The notes beneath the pieces are model-generated. The model worked only from the letters and a program-made list of their open reading frames with translations. It was not told the origin of the DNA and ran no database searches. Positions 12,795 to 26,175 of a DNA stretch of 64,000 bases are shown piece after piece. A program made the position numbers and the translations under genes. Where the stretch lies: positions 32,304,001-32,368,000 of the forward strand of contig NC_058368.1 in assembly GCF_018350175.1 (NCBI RefSeq), written 5' to 3'. This DNA comes from Felis catus. Taxonomy: Eukaryota. Numbering within the stretch: the stretch's first letter is position 1; every line of letters starts with the position of its first letter.

Positions 12795-13013
12795 TCAAAT
12801 CCTTGGAAATAAGAATCATATTCTTCACACTAGGGTCTGGGATAAGACCCTCTCCTCTTAATCTCCTTTTCTGATTGGATTCTGTCATTCTGTCTCCTCC
12901 TCCCACAGTTTGCGGATCAGATACTCCATAGTCAATCTGTGTAATACTCATCCTCAACAAATGTAACTTGCTTTAGTCGAATATAATTTTTAGGTTCAGT
13001 TTTACTGAAGGAC
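12795..13013 (+). mobile_element. Possible LTR 3' fragment
   Basis: U5-like end caaatgtaacttgctttagtcg...ggttcagttttactgaaggaca where the L1 similarity stops; family not identified. Confidence 0.3.
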
Positions 13014-13619
13014 AATATTAAAGATATTAAAACAATAAATAAGCTAATCAGTCAAGACCTGCTGTAGTTTTTCTGAGATTGTGCCAGCCAATATAAACTA
13101 ATATTTCTTAACTTACCACAAAACTTCTTTGAAACCATAGGTAATGAAATGATATTCTGGGTAATATTTATAATGCTTTTGATTAAGAATTAATCTTCTC
13201 ATGACTTTGAGATGGTTTCATTCATGAGATATGAGTATATTAGAAATATATTTTACACATTATAATTTATGAAGAAATAATCAGATTATTTCTAGCATAT
13301 CATTGTAATTGCTACTTAGGATGTTTTATAATTATTTACAAGTTCATGGGAACCAAAAGGAGTTGCTGGTGGGTTGATCAGCAAATAATAGTTCAGTTTC
13401 CGTATGTGCACAACTGACATTAGAATAGTATATGCCACATAGATTTATCTAATAATAATTATTATAACAAGTAATCATGTAGTACTTACTGTGCACCACA
13501 ATCTGATCTATGTGGTCCACATCTATGAATTCATTTAATTACTCAGTATGCCTATTTAATGAACAGTGAATCTGTGTCAACACAATCTTTTACAAATATC
13601 TTGTAAAAGGTCATGCTTT

Positions 13620-14040
13620 AATCAGTATTTGTTAACTGCTGTAACAAGCTAGTCTCAAATCTCAGTGAAAAAAAGATAAAAGTTTGGTTTTATTTAGATC
13701 AAATTCAGTGATGTTTCTGGTCAGGTGGTTTCCCTAAGAAAAGTGAGGTAGGAGTGAAGGTTACTGGTCACTAGTTTATGCCATCTTATTTTTTAACTGC
13801 CATCTTGTGGCTTCAAGTTGACCCAGACATCACTGAGTCAAAGAAATAAGCATGAACAAAGCATATAATACAACTTAATACCGGGACCTGTAATAGACAC
13901 ACATTATATTAGATCTAAGTCCATGGCCTCACCTAGGAGATATGAGATATTAGAAGATATAATAAAATATTGTCCCTAGTATGGCAACTAGTTTCCAGCC
14001 AAAGTTTCTTACTATGGAACAGAAATGAGTATCTGGTAGC
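13620..14040 (-). mobile_element. Old MLT1 (J/K/L-like) LTR
   Basis: taactgctgtaacaag...caaatctcagtg...tgccatcttgtggcttcaag pattern of old MaLR LTRs. Confidence 0.45.
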
Positions 14041-15374
14041 CATCTAAGTCATCTATAAAATAGGGATGAACCAGAATATAAACTCAGGAATTTGGCTCTA
14101 AATACTATGCTATACTATTGTGTCATACTCAAAAATAAGATAATGTATAATTTGTATTTTATAGCGTAATGTGTATTATACTCTAGTATGTAGTATATGC
14201 ATATACATAATATAGTATAGTATAATAATGTTTGGTATATAATAGGTTTTCAAAAAGGTAAGCTAGTATTGTACTATTAAAGAATTAGTAACATAAATAA
14301 TGTCAACAAGTTTAAGAATAAAAGGATGATCCATTACAAGGATATCTTATATAATGCAAAGGTATTATGATACTTATGATGAATGAACATAGAATAACTT
14401 GGCAGAGAAGTAAAGATTATAAAAAAGAAACAATATGAATGTTAAGACTGAATAATATATATCTAAATTTTTAAGAGAAACAATTCACTGGGTAAGTTTA
14501 ATAGCATAATATGTGACAGAGTTTATTCTCTGAATTTTAATATAAATCTATAAAATATTAGATTTCATAAATGTTGACTTAGTTTAAGAGTAGTAAGTGG
14601 ATTATTTAAAGAATGTCATAGTCTTAAGACAATTGGGATCTGATATTTAGTTGGAAAAATTTCCAAAACAATCAGCTTATAACCGGATATTTTGAATAAT
14701 ATGTATAAATATGTACACACATGTATATGTTTAATTTGTCCTGTAAAGGCATATGACAATTTTTCCTCCATCCTTGAAGGATGTCTTCTTCTCAATATCC
14801 TTTCATGAAAATATGGAAAATAAAATTTTCTATTTAGTCCCAAATTTGAATTCATTAAAAAGAATTAAAAACCACAAGGTCAATTTTAAGATGGAGAACC
14901 CAAAAATATTTTGTGAGAAAGAAACACTGGCTATAATATACAAAATAACTCTGAGATACCTAGGGAAAACCTTTTTTCAATTGCATTTTTCATTACAATA
15001 TATCTTATGAATGTGGTATAATGCTGAAGGTTATATAAGAAGCAAGAAAAAAAAAGCATGACCTTAAAATGGTTTGCCCTTTACAGAATTCTGATGATAT
15101 GCATTTGCAATTGTGTAGCATTTAATTTGTGGCAGCTTTTAAGAAGAAACTATATACACATACATAAAATAAGTATAAAAGATACAAGAAAGTGTCATAT
15201 ACACCTTGATTTTTTTGTGTAAAACCATACACATATGATTACTGAAAAAATTCAACTGAATATCTTGATATTTATATTAAAGATACCAAAGTCAGATTTT
15301 GAATTAAAATTTCATCTAGAAAATTGGAATAATTTTGGTATAATCTAACTCTGGATTAAAATTTAATAAATTCA

Positions 15375-15447
15375 TATATATATGTGTGTGTATATATATA
15401 TATGTGTGTATATATTATATATTATATATATAGGTATATATTATATA
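15375..15447. repeat. (TA)n/(TG)n low-complexity tract
   Basis: Seen directly. Confidence 0.85.
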
Positions 15448-15450
15448 CCT

Positions 15451-15589
15451 AGTTTAAGCCCCACATAGGGCTCTGGGCTGACAGCGCAGAGCCTGCTTGG
15501 GATTCTCTCTCTCTCACTCTCTCTCTGCACCTCCCCAGCTCATGTGTATGTGCTCTCTCTCTCTCAAAAAGAAATAAACTTTTAAAAAA
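15451..15589 (+). mobile_element. Can-SINE, 5' part missing
   Basis: agtttaagccccacatagggctctgggctgacagcgcagagcctgcttgggattctctctc...aaataaac. Confidence 0.88.
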
Positions 15590-15599
15590 TGTATATTCA

Positions 15600-16303
15600 T
15601 TGGCTAAAATAAAAACTCAAGAAATAACATGTGATGGTGAGAATGTGGAGAAAAAGGAACCCTCATGCACTGTTGGTGGGGATGCAAACTGGTGCAGCCA
15701 CTATGCAGAACAGCATGGAGTTTCCTCGAAAAATTAGAAGTAGAATTACCATATGATCCAGTAATTCCACTGGGTATTTACCCAAAGAACACAAAAACAC
15801 TAATTTAAAAGATACATGCATTTTTATGTTTGTTGCAATATTATTTACAATAGCCAAATGATGGAAGCAGCCCAAGGGTCCATCCATGGATGAATGGATA
15901 AAGTGGTATATACATACAATGGAATATGATTCATCCATAAAAAGTGAAATCTTGCCATTTGTAAAAACATGGATAGATCTAGAGAGTAAGATCTAGATAG
16001 AGCTCAGTGAGGTAAGTCAGTCAAAGTAAAACAAATGTGATTTCACTCATATGTGGAATTTAGGAAACAAAACAAATGGACAAACAAAAAAGGAGATAAG
16101 CCTAAAAACAGATCCTTAACTATAGAGAACAAACTGATTACCAGGGGGGAGATGGATGGGGACATGAGTGAAATAGGTGATGGGGATTAAAGAGTACATT
16201 TATCATGATAAGCGTGGAGTAATGTTATAGCATTGTTTAATCACTGGTACTCTGAAACTAATGTAACACTATGTTAACTATTCTTGAATTAATTAAAAAA
16301 AGA
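15600..16303 (+). mobile_element. LINE-1 (L1_Carn type) 3' fragment: ORF2 C-terminus plus 3' UTR
   Basis: gaatgtggagaaaaaggaaccctcatgcactgttggtgggg..., A tail; probable TSD aaatgtatattc / aaatatatattc. Confidence 0.92.
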
Positions 16304-16579
16304 GAAATATATATTCTCAACAATTTATAATCAAATTAAAACATTTACATTTGATTCTTATACAATATTATAAAATTCGAGGACTTCCTAGGACATGTAG
16401 AAAGAATTTTCTGTATGAATATGACTATTTCTCTAATCAAAACCAAGATGAAAATCTATATGTTTAAGACTGAGAACAGATAAGTAATCTTAGTAAACAA
16501 TAAAGGAAATTTATGTTTCTAGTAACAGAAGTATATATTTGAGATTCAACTGGAAGATTCATGTCAAAAAATTTTAACT

Positions 16580-17524
16580 ACTTCATTGAGGCATGACTGA
16601 CATACAAAAAGACTTACATATTTAATGTATACAATTTGATGAGATTGTAGATATGTACATACCTGTGAAACCATCACCACAGTCTGTCATAAACATGTCC
16701 ATCACTCCAAAAGTTTCCTTTCACCCTCTTTATTATTATTTTAGTTTTTGTGATACAAACACTTAATATAATATCTACCCTCTTAGAAAAATTCTGTGTA
16801 TATAATATAGTATTGTTAACTATAGGCACTATGCTGTACAGTAAAACACTAGGATTCATTTATCTTTTACAGTTGCAGCTTTGTGCCATTTGACTAATAC
16901 TCTGTTTCTCCCTACCTCCTGGCCTTGGCAACCTACTATCTGCTTCTATGAGTTTGAGTATTTTAGATCCCTCATATGAGCGGTATTATGTAATATTTGT
17001 CCTACTGTTTCTGTCTTAGCATAATATCCTCTATGTTCATCCATGTTGTCATAAATGACAGCAATTACTTCTTCTTTAAAGCTGAGTAATATTTCATTAT
17101 ATTTATACTCACATATATATATACTGCATTTTCTTTATTCAATCTACCCATCAATAGACATTTAGGTTGTTTCCATGTCTTGGTTATTGTGAATAATACT
17201 GCAATGAACATGGAAGTTCAGATACCTCTTTGAACTCCTGCTTTCAGTTCCTTTGAATATATACCCGTTAATGTCATTGCTGAGTCATATGGTAGTTCTA
17301 GTTTTAATCTTTGAGAATGTCCATTATCCATAGTAGCTGCACAAATTTACATTCCCACCAACAGTGTACAAAGGTCCCCTATTCTCCACATCCTTGCAAT
17401 CACTTTTCTTTCTCTCCTTTTTTCTTCCCACCCTCCCTTTCTCCTTTCTTTCTTTCTTCCCTTCCTTCCTTCTTTCTTTTCTGTTTTCTTTTCATTTTCC
17501 TTGCCTTGCCTTTTCTTTCTCTAC

Positions 17525-17563
<39 letters not shown>

Positions 17564-17605
17564 TTCTTTTCTTTTCTTTTTTCTTTTCTTTTTTTTATTT
17601 TCTTT

Positions 17606-17650
<45 letters not shown>

Positions 17651-18053
17651 TTTCTTTCTTTCTTCTTTCTCTTTCCTCTTCTTTCTTTCCAACAGCCATC
17701 CTAAGAGGTGTGAGGTGATATCTCATTGTGGTTCTGATTTGCATTTCCCTAATGATTACTGATGTTCAGTTCCTTTTATGTATCATTGGCCATTTGTATA
17801 TCTTCTTTGGAGAGTATCTATCCAGTCCCTCTGACCTTTTTTAATCAGGTTGTCTATTATTTTGCTATTGTAGGAGTTTCTTAAATATTTTGGATATTAA
17901 ATCTTTATCAGATCAATGGTTTGCAAAATTTTCTCTCACTTTGTACTTTGACTTCTCATTGTTTTGCATGTTTCCTTTGCTGCTCACAGGCATTTAACTT
18001 GATGATATTCTACTTGTCTATTTTTTCTTTTGTTACTCATGCTTTGGTGTCAC
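16580..18053 (-). mobile_element. Older L1 (L1MA-type) 3' fragment
   Basis: aatatagtattgttaactataggcactatgctgtacag 3' UTR motif; acaaatttacattcccaccaacagtgtacaaagg and tctcattgtggttctgatttgcatttccctaatga from the ORF2 end; interrupted by a (CTTT)n expansion. Confidence 0.9.
17404..17690. repeat. Compound (CTTT)n/(CTTTT)n pyrimidine tract inside the L1
   Basis: About 290 bp, almost entirely C/T. Confidence 0.95.
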
Positions 18054-19568
18054 AAGTCAAATTTTTAATTATTTTAAATAGACATACCTAAAAGTAAATG
18101 CTAGCGTTATAGGGAATGAGAAAGGAAAACAAAGGAGACTTTGATATAAAATACGAACATAGAAATAACAGGAAAAAAAGGAGAGAGAAATGACAGCTGC
18201 AAGATAAAGGTAACATAACAGTAATAAACATTCCTGTTTCTGAATTAAAAAAAAAAAAGGACAATCTGGAAAGTGCTGCATACATTGAAGATTTTGTAGC
18301 CATTTGGTGGTAGGTAGGAGAGAGTGGGCTGTTCTCCAGGTTCCTCTGCTATAGAGTTGTAAAGGTGAGATATTTTTGGAATCTGCGAGAAAATTCCCTT
18401 CTTAGCTGTACTGTTCATACTGTTAATCTTCTAAAGAAATCCAACTGTTCTTTCTCTTACCGCCAACATACTTAATTATTGTTGCATAGAGCAAAACAAC
18501 GATAAGATCTAACAAAACAGATGGCTCAGCGTTGCCAGAAAACGAATGTTTTACCATGAATTTTTATAAGACAGAGAAGAAAGTACAATTTTGTTTAAAA
18601 TGGCCAAGACAAATCAATATTTTTACAATGCTTATACATATACATTGTAGTGATTATTGTACTCTAAGATAATCTCATATTTCTTCAAATATGCTTTTCT
18701 AAGTACTTTATAAAGCATAAAGAATATACAAATCATTTCAAAAGGATGGCATACTTAAGAATACTTGCTTGTTCATGGTTATAGCCAACTTACTGGGTAA
18801 TGTTCCTTTGTATTATTGTATACCATCTTTGAAAATCAACCTGTAAGCTGGAGTTTTAATTAAATTAGTTTGGACTTTAAGACTGCAGAATTCTTTGTAT
18901 TTATTGAATGTATTTTCCATGTTAATTTCTAATCTATTAATTATTAAATGAAAATTAAGTATTATAGGCAATATGTTATATATTAATATATTAATATTCT
19001 ATATTATAACAGGTAGTACACAGATTGATGATAAATGGCCTTGTTCTATGGAGAATTACTCCCCAATGGGGGAGGTTGACATATAAATTGGCAATGTACA
19101 TTTTATTAAATTATTAGTTAAGTACGAAGTTAGAGGTAAAACTTGGGGAGCACAAACGTTGGGACACTAATGTCAAAATAAGAGGTCCATGAAAGACTTT
19201 CATATATATATGTTGACATATTTATGTTTTATAGGGAAATGGACCTCTTATCAAGGCAGAGATAGATGGAAATGAATTCAAGTCTGTAGGAAGACCATCA
19301 GAAAAAGCACCAGTGCATTTTAATATATGGTGTAGGTAGCCAGACACAAACATGTAATACTCAAGGAGAAGAATATTAAGAAATACAGCTGAAGAGATAA
19401 GTAGTCTTGAGTCCTGTTGGGCCTTGTTTGACATGTAATATATTAAGTTTTACTCTGTTGGTGGATAGAGAGCAATAAACATGTATAGAGGAATAAAATG
19501 AACTACTTGGTTATAATATGAAAAGAGTTTAAGGGAGATAGAACTGAAATCAGAATAGATTAAATTTA

Positions 19569-19779
19569 GGTGTACCTGAGTCTCTTAGTTGGTTGAGCAT
19601 CCGACTCTTGGTTTCTGCTCAGATCATGATTCTAGGGTCATGGAATCGAGCCCCACATCCGGCTCAATGCTCTGAGTGTGGAGCCTGCTTAAGATTCTCT
19701 CTTTCCGCTCCCCCCACCACCACTTCTCCCTCACTCACTCTCACACTCTGTCCCTCAAGAAAAAAAAAAAAAAAGGAAA
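19569..19779 (+). mobile_element. Can-SINE, older subfamily
   Basis: gttggttgagcatccgactcttggtttctgctcagatcatgat...poly-A; TSD aatagattaaat(t/g)tagg on both sides. Confidence 0.9.
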
Positions 19780-19859
19780 AATAGATTAAATGTAGGTTAA
19801 TAGTGATATATATATGCTGTATGATCAGTAAATGAATAAACAACTGAAAGAAAGCAGAT

Positions 19860-19903
19860 TATATATATATGTATACATATATATATATGTGTACATGTAT
19901 ACA

Positions 19904-19952
<49 letters not shown>
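19860..19952. repeat. Compound (TA)n(TG)n(TA)n microsatellite
   Basis: Seen directly. Confidence 0.93.
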
Positions 19953-19955
<3 letters not shown>

Positions 19956-20769
19956 ACACCACTGTGGACTAAATAGAATTGTACATCTTTATTTTGTTAT
20001 TACTTTTTAATTTATTTTTCAAAAGAGATAACAAACAAACAAACATATAAGGTCTTCAGATGAAGAATCTGAAACTCAGAAAATTTGGGTGACATTTCTG
20101 AGGACACACAAGAATTAAAGTCAGAATCTGCACTTCCAAAACAATTTGTTTTCCATGCTACTGTTTTCCCCATTGAATTATTTTAAAAATGATTTAAAAT
20201 TTATCTTTTCAGGAAAGAGTTTTTCTATAAGTATGTAGTAGTCATTTTAGGTAATTTTAATGTACGTACAATGGGATTTTAAATCATTTATTCTGTTCAA
20301 ACAGATTGCTAGATTTCATTGATAGCTTAACATTTTATAAAATAAACCATCTGTAGACTATCTTCTAATCATTTGTAAAATCATATGATAGTCTTTATTA
20401 TAAAATTAACACTGATAGTTTAACACTCAATGACTTCTTAAGCAAATGTTATTATCAGAATTTTTCTATAATTATTTAAAAACCTTACGATCAAAATCCC
20501 ATGCATATTAATTAAACCACATGAGAGTAGTCTCTTCCTAAAAAATACAGAAGAATGGTTAAGTGGATTTTAATTCATTTACCTAAATTTTTATTGATTT
20601 TATTTATGTTTATTTATATTCAAACAGTAAGAAAAGCTGGGGAAATACATTAATTATTAATGATTCTAAATCATAATATAAAGCTTACACACACATTTTT
20701 AATGAAACAATTGTGTGCTAATATTTATTTTAGTGTTGAGTTCATCATACACCTCATTTAAACACTTTT

Positions 20770-22160
20770 TTTTTTATCTATGAAAGGCACCACAGTTACC
20801 TATTTTAGTCTTTAGTTTTTGCTTCTTCCTATCACCTCTTTCAGTCTAGAAACTTTAATAGATGCCTATTCTAATGTGTTTATATGATGTGGTAGGTTAT
20901 CATTGAAAAATGTAAGTAGTAGTGGTTTGGTATATATCTGTTTTAATTTGTGTTAATGTTATTGTGATAGAAATTACATTCAATTTGATACTTATTTTAT
21001 TTCCTTGATGATATCTGGGTTGCCACTATCTCACTGCTACCATAACTAAAGCTTCAATGAACACCCAGGTGTGCATCTGTCTGGGGACCTGTGTGAGAGC
21101 TTTGCTGCAGTACATAACAAGTAGAAGTACCAAGTAGAAGAATTGTTATCTCATAGGGAATGAGCAATTTTTATTTTATTATTATTATTTTTATCTTAGG
21201 GTGAAAGAGCACACGAGCTGGGGAGAGGGGCAGAGGGAGAGAGACAGAGAATCCCTATCAGGTTCTGCACTCAGCACAGAGCCTGACTGAGGACCCTGGG
21301 ATTACAACCCTGGGATCCCAACCCACGCCAAAGTCAAGAATCAGATACTCAACTGACTAAGCCATTCAGGCTCCCCAGGAATGAACATTTTTAATTTCAC
21401 TGCCAGATTGGTTCCTAGATTGGCCATATGAGTTCAAGGAAGACATGAGTCTCCATATTCCCCCAGACATTGATATACACTTATTTTTACATTTAGGCAA
21501 TCTTTTGTATATTAACTGGATCTTACGGTTGATTAAAATTACATTTTTCCTGGATGCTAGTGAAGTTAAGCCTCTCAATTAACATTTATATATGTGTGTG
21601 CAGGATATGTATGTATGTATGTATGCATAGATTTAAATAAATAATTGCATTGATGAAAAATCTAAAAACAAAATCAATGCCAAAGATCAAAACAAAATTG
21701 TTTTTGGTTTCAGGTTTCCATATTTTTAATCTGTAGAAGTACCTATATTGCCTTGTAGGTTTAAGATTTTATATGCATCTTCTCCAGAATGTGACTTACT
21801 TATTAACACCATCTATAATATTCCACATGAAGCAGATATAATTAACATTAATGAATTCAAATCTGTAGAGTTTTATGACTTGTACTTTGGGTTTCTTTTA
21901 GAACTATTCACCTGAATGTGACAAAGATATTTTTCTGTTTTCTTCTACTATATTTTAAATTTGTCTTTCCTATTTTTAGTCTTCTTTCCACCTGGAGGAC
22001 ACATTTGTACAAGGTGTAAAGAGTCCTTTATTTTAGTCCATGTAATGGGCCAGTTTTAAAACAATAATATCCACACTGATTTACAATGCTTTCTTAACCA
22101 CATATTGTTTTCTCATACATAGATATGACTGTTGCTGGACACTCAGTTGTGCTCTGATGT
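20770..22160 (-). mobile_element. Very old L1 (L1ME-type) 3' fragments, interrupted by a SINE
   Basis: Decayed motifs aaagcttcaatgaacaccc, tgccagattggttcc, ggttgattaaaattacatttttcctggatgctagtgaagttaagc. Confidence 0.5.
21168..21376 (-). mobile_element. Can-SINE, older
   Basis: ggggagaggggcagagggagagagacagagaatcc...caactgactaagccattcaggctcccc; TSD ggaatga(g/a)ca. Confidence 0.88.
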
Positions 22161-22309
22161 CTCTTTTCTATTTCTTTCTTAGTGTCATCTGTCTGCCTGT
22201 ATTTGTTCATTCATTCGTTCATTCCTTCATTTGGTTGTTTATTTGCTTATTTTTATTACTGTGTCTTGGCAGTGTGTTTCATCAAACAAGTCTTTCTACT
22301 TCATTTTTT

Positions 22310-23825
22310 TTCTTTTTTTTCTTTCAAAATTGTATTTAAATTCTAGTTAGTTAACACCTATGGTAAAATTGGTTTCAAGGGTAGAATTTAGTGATTCATC
22401 ACTTATTTATTTTATTTTTTTAAGTTTATTATTTATTTTGAGGGAAAGAGAAGAGGGGCGAGTGGAGGAGGGGCAGAGAGAGAGAAGGAGAGAGAAAATC
22501 CTAAGCAGGCTCTGAGCTGTCAGCACAGAGCCCAATGCAGAGCTCGAACTCATGAACCATGAGATCATGACCTGAGATGAAACATGAGTTGGACGCTTGA
22601 CCAACTGAGCCACCAGGGGCCCCTAGTGATTTATCACTTACATACAACCCGCAGTTCTCATCCCAACAAGTGCCCTCCTTAGCACCCATCACCCATTTAT
22701 CCCATCTCCCCTCCAGCAACCCTCAGTTTGTTCCCTGTACTTAAGAATCTCTTATGGTTTGCTTTCTTCTCCTTTTTTTCTCCTTAATCTATGTTCATGT
22801 GTTTTGCTTCTTAAATTCCACATATGAGTGAAATCTTATGGTATTTGTCTTTCTCTGACTGACTTATTTGGCTTACCATTATACTCTCTAGCTTCACCCA
22901 TGTCATTGTGAATGGCAAGATTTCATTCCTTTTGATAGCTGAGTAATATTCCCACAACCTTTTTGTCCATTCATCAGTCAGTGGACATTTGGGCTCTTTC
23001 CATAGTTTGGCTATTGTTGACAATGCTGCTATAAACATTGAAGTTCATGTGCCCCTGCAAATCTGTATTTTTTTATCCTTTGGGGAAATACCTAGTCATG
23101 CAGTTGTAGGGTGGTTCTATTTTTAACTTTTTGAGGAACCTCCATACTGTTTTCCAGAGTGGCTGTACCAGTTTGCATTTCCACCAACAGTGTAAGAGGG
23201 TTTCCCTTTCTCCACATCCTCGCCAATATCTATTGTTTCCCATGTTAATTTTAGCTGTTCTGATAGGTGTGAGGTGGTATCTCACTGTGGTTTTGATTTG
23301 TATTTCCCTGATGAGGAGTGATGTTGAGCATCTTTTCATGTGCCTTTTAGCCATCTGAATGTCTTCTTTGGAAAAATGTCTGTTCATGTCTTCCACCCAT
23401 TTCTTCACTGGATTAATTTGTTTTTTGGTTCCTGAGTTTGATAAATTCTGTATAGATTTTGGATACTAACCCTTTATCAGATATGTCATTTGCAAATATC
23501 TTCTCCCATTCCATAGGCTACCTTTTAGTTTTGTTGCTTGTTTCCTTGGGTGTGCAGAAGATTTTATCTTAATGAAGTCCTGATTGTTCATTTTTGCTTT
23601 TGTTTTCCTTGCTTCCAGAGATGTGTCTAGTAAAAAGGTGCTACAGCTGATGTCAAAGAGGTTGCTGCCTGTGTTCTCTTCTAGGAGTTTGATAGTTTCT
23701 TGTCTCAATTTAGGTCTTTCATCTATTTTGAATTTATTTTCGTATGCGGTGTAAGAAAGTAGTCCAGTGTCATTTTTCTGCATGTTGCTGTCCAGTATTC
23801 ACAACACTATTTGTTGAAGAGATAG
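22310..23825 (-). mobile_element. LINE-1 (carnivore/felid), 5'-truncated, about 1.3 kb excluding the nested SINE
   Basis: ORF2 C-terminal peptides in the ORF track ([38 protein letters not shown]...[14 protein letters not shown]); TSD tttctac(t/c)tcatttttt at 22293-22309 and 23826-23842. Confidence 0.96.
22406..22623 (-). mobile_element. Can-SINE nested in the L1 3' UTR
   Basis: TSD tagtgatt(c/t)atcactta at 22389-22405 and 22624-22640. Confidence 0.95.
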
Positions 23826-23842
23826 TTTCTACCTCATTTTTT

Positions 23843-24046
23843 TAACGTTTGTTTACTTTCTGAGAGAGAGAGAGAGACAGAGGGTGCATGAGGGAGAAGC
23901 AGAGAGAGAAGGAGACACAGAATCTGAAGCAGGCTCCAGGCTCTGAGCTGTCAGCACAGAGCTAACGTGGGGCTCGAACCAAGGACCGTGAGAGCATGAT
24001 CTGAGCTGAAGTTGTACACTTCACCAACTGAACCACACAGGCGCCC
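23843..24046 (-). mobile_element. Can-SINE (SINEC_Fc type)
   Basis: Typical body ending caggcgccc; TSD tctac(c/t)tcatttttt at 23828-23842 and 24047-24061. Confidence 0.94.
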
Positions 24047-25499
24047 TCTACTTCATTTTTTAATGCCAACATCTCCATAGATATTTGTGAACTCTGTCTT
24101 AAGAATCCGTTTGTAAAATTTATTTATTTCAAAATCCTTTAGATGTTTAATTAAAATGGAATTGTATTTCTAGATCACTTTGAGAAGACCTGGCATCTTT
24201 ACTATGTTAATTCATGCCATAAAATGAAGACTGTATATCTTTATATTCTCCTCCAAAAATTTTTAACCATATGTAAAAATTGCCTTCATACATATATTCT
24301 TCATATTTAAATAATTATATATCCAGAAACATTGCATTCATTGCATTTGTAAGTACAGAGGACAATACATTAAAGTAGTATCTCTACATATCAATCATAA
24401 GTAAGTTCAGTTTTTTAATTATGTTATTCAGATACTCTGTATCATGCCATATTTTATGTGTTGACCTATAGCATTTTTTTCTTGATTCATAGATGTTTAA
24501 AACTTATGTAGTTGATCCTATTATTTTAAAGTTTTAAAGATATATTTAAGTGTGTTTCTTTGGGATAAGTGACTTTTTTTTTTGGTCTGGCTAAACTGAT
24601 TTTTCATAGTTATAGCCCCATATCTCTGTTTGCCAGATTATCACCAGATTTTCAAAAATCTGAGAGTCTATCCTTGATTTGTAATTTATCAGTTATATTT
24701 CCAAAAATAATTACTATATTAGAACTTAATTGTGCCATTATACATCATACCTTCCACTAATCAACCTATACATTTTTCTTTCCTCTTTTCTCATCTTCCA
24801 CTTTACATGTCAATTTTTATGCTGATTTGCATGTTAAACATTATATTTTATTCCTCTAGTGGCTACACCTATTATATACTACTTATACTTGGGCTTATCC
24901 TCTCCTTTTCATAAATAGCTCTATCTCACTTTTGTACTACCTTCAAGCAGACAAATTAAAATGCTTTTAATGCCCTCGGGTCTTTTCCTTCTTATTTCTC
25001 TTAGATTTTGGTACTTTTCTAGAATACTAATTCTCAGGATATAAAGATACAGATAATTTCGTTATTGTTTGTTTAGACAACAAGTAGTTATTATCCTCTT
25101 TGCTTTCCATGCATTTGTTGAAGCATTGTTTCAGTCCGTGCCCAATCAGAAAAGCAGAAACCTATTATGGTGCTTAAAAGATGAATTGAAAACTGGAAAT
25201 TAGGTGTAAATGTGATCAAAGTACAGACGGGGAATAACGAAGCAAGTATCTGAAGTAATTGCAGGAGAAAATGACTACTTTAGGAAAATTATATTACTGA
25301 GTTGTCTAGATGTCTAAGCTTCGGAAGCTGCTGAGGCACTCAGCATTGTCACTGTGTTTGTAACCAAGCCGCATGAGTGAGCAACAAACCAGGAGCCGGG
25401 CGGGGAAGTCTGGAAAATGTAGTCTGCTAACTTCTCACCCTGGCAATACAGAGCAGACTGCAAAAGAGCAAGTGTGGCACTGAGAGAAAAGAATCACTA

Positions 25500-25930
25500 T
25501 TTAGTTCAGGTATATATTTCAAGGGTGTTTTCAAAGATGACCTTTGCGTGGTAAACATTTTGAAGTCTTGAATGTTTAAGATAATTTTCATTTTTCAAGG
25601 ATATTTTCATAGCATTTTGCTGGATATAACATCTTGTTAGAACCATTTTTCCTTCCATTTCTGAAAACATTAAACCATTTTCTTGACCTTTGAATGTTGC
25701 TATTAACAAATGTGATGCCAGTATATATCTTGTTGCTTTGTGGATATAATTTCTCTGTGGAAACTGTAGCATTTTTTTTTGTATTCTGATGCAATATAAT
25801 TTCTCTATAATGTGTTTAGATTTTCCTTTTCCTTTGTTTCCTTTTAATTATGTCATATTTTCTTTTATTTTGACATATCACATTTTTACTTATGCTTAGA
25901 CAATCCTAAAATTACCTTGAAATTATTCTG
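25500..25930 (-). mobile_element. Very old L1/HAL1 ORF1-region remnant
   Basis: ttttgctggatataacatctt...ttcttgacctttgaatgttgctattaacaaatgtgatgccag resembles antisense old L1 ORF1. Confidence 0.5.
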
Positions 25931-25936
25931 CAATTC

Positions 25937-26175
25937 TTTTTTTTTAACTTTGATAATAACACGTAACATGAGAACCTACCTCAACAAAATTTTAAGTACA
26001 CAGTAGAATATTGTTAACTACAAGTACAATGCTGTGTAGTATCTCTAGCGTTTGCTGATCTTGCACAACTGAAGCTTTGTGGAACGTCAGCTCTCTACTC
26101 TCCCTCCTCTCAACCATTCTAGTCTCTGTTTCTGTGTGTTTGACTATTCTCGATACCTCATATAAGTGCAACTAG
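25937..26175 (-). mobile_element. Short L1MA-type 3' end
   Basis: Poly-T, aatattgttaactacaagtacaatgctgtg, gatacctcatataagtg; flanked by ttctgcaatt on both sides. Confidence 0.75.

Noticed and set aside
17311..17762. F/L/S-rich and K/E/R-rich ORFs resembling membrane or charged proteins
   Set aside because: Translations of the (CTTT)n tract
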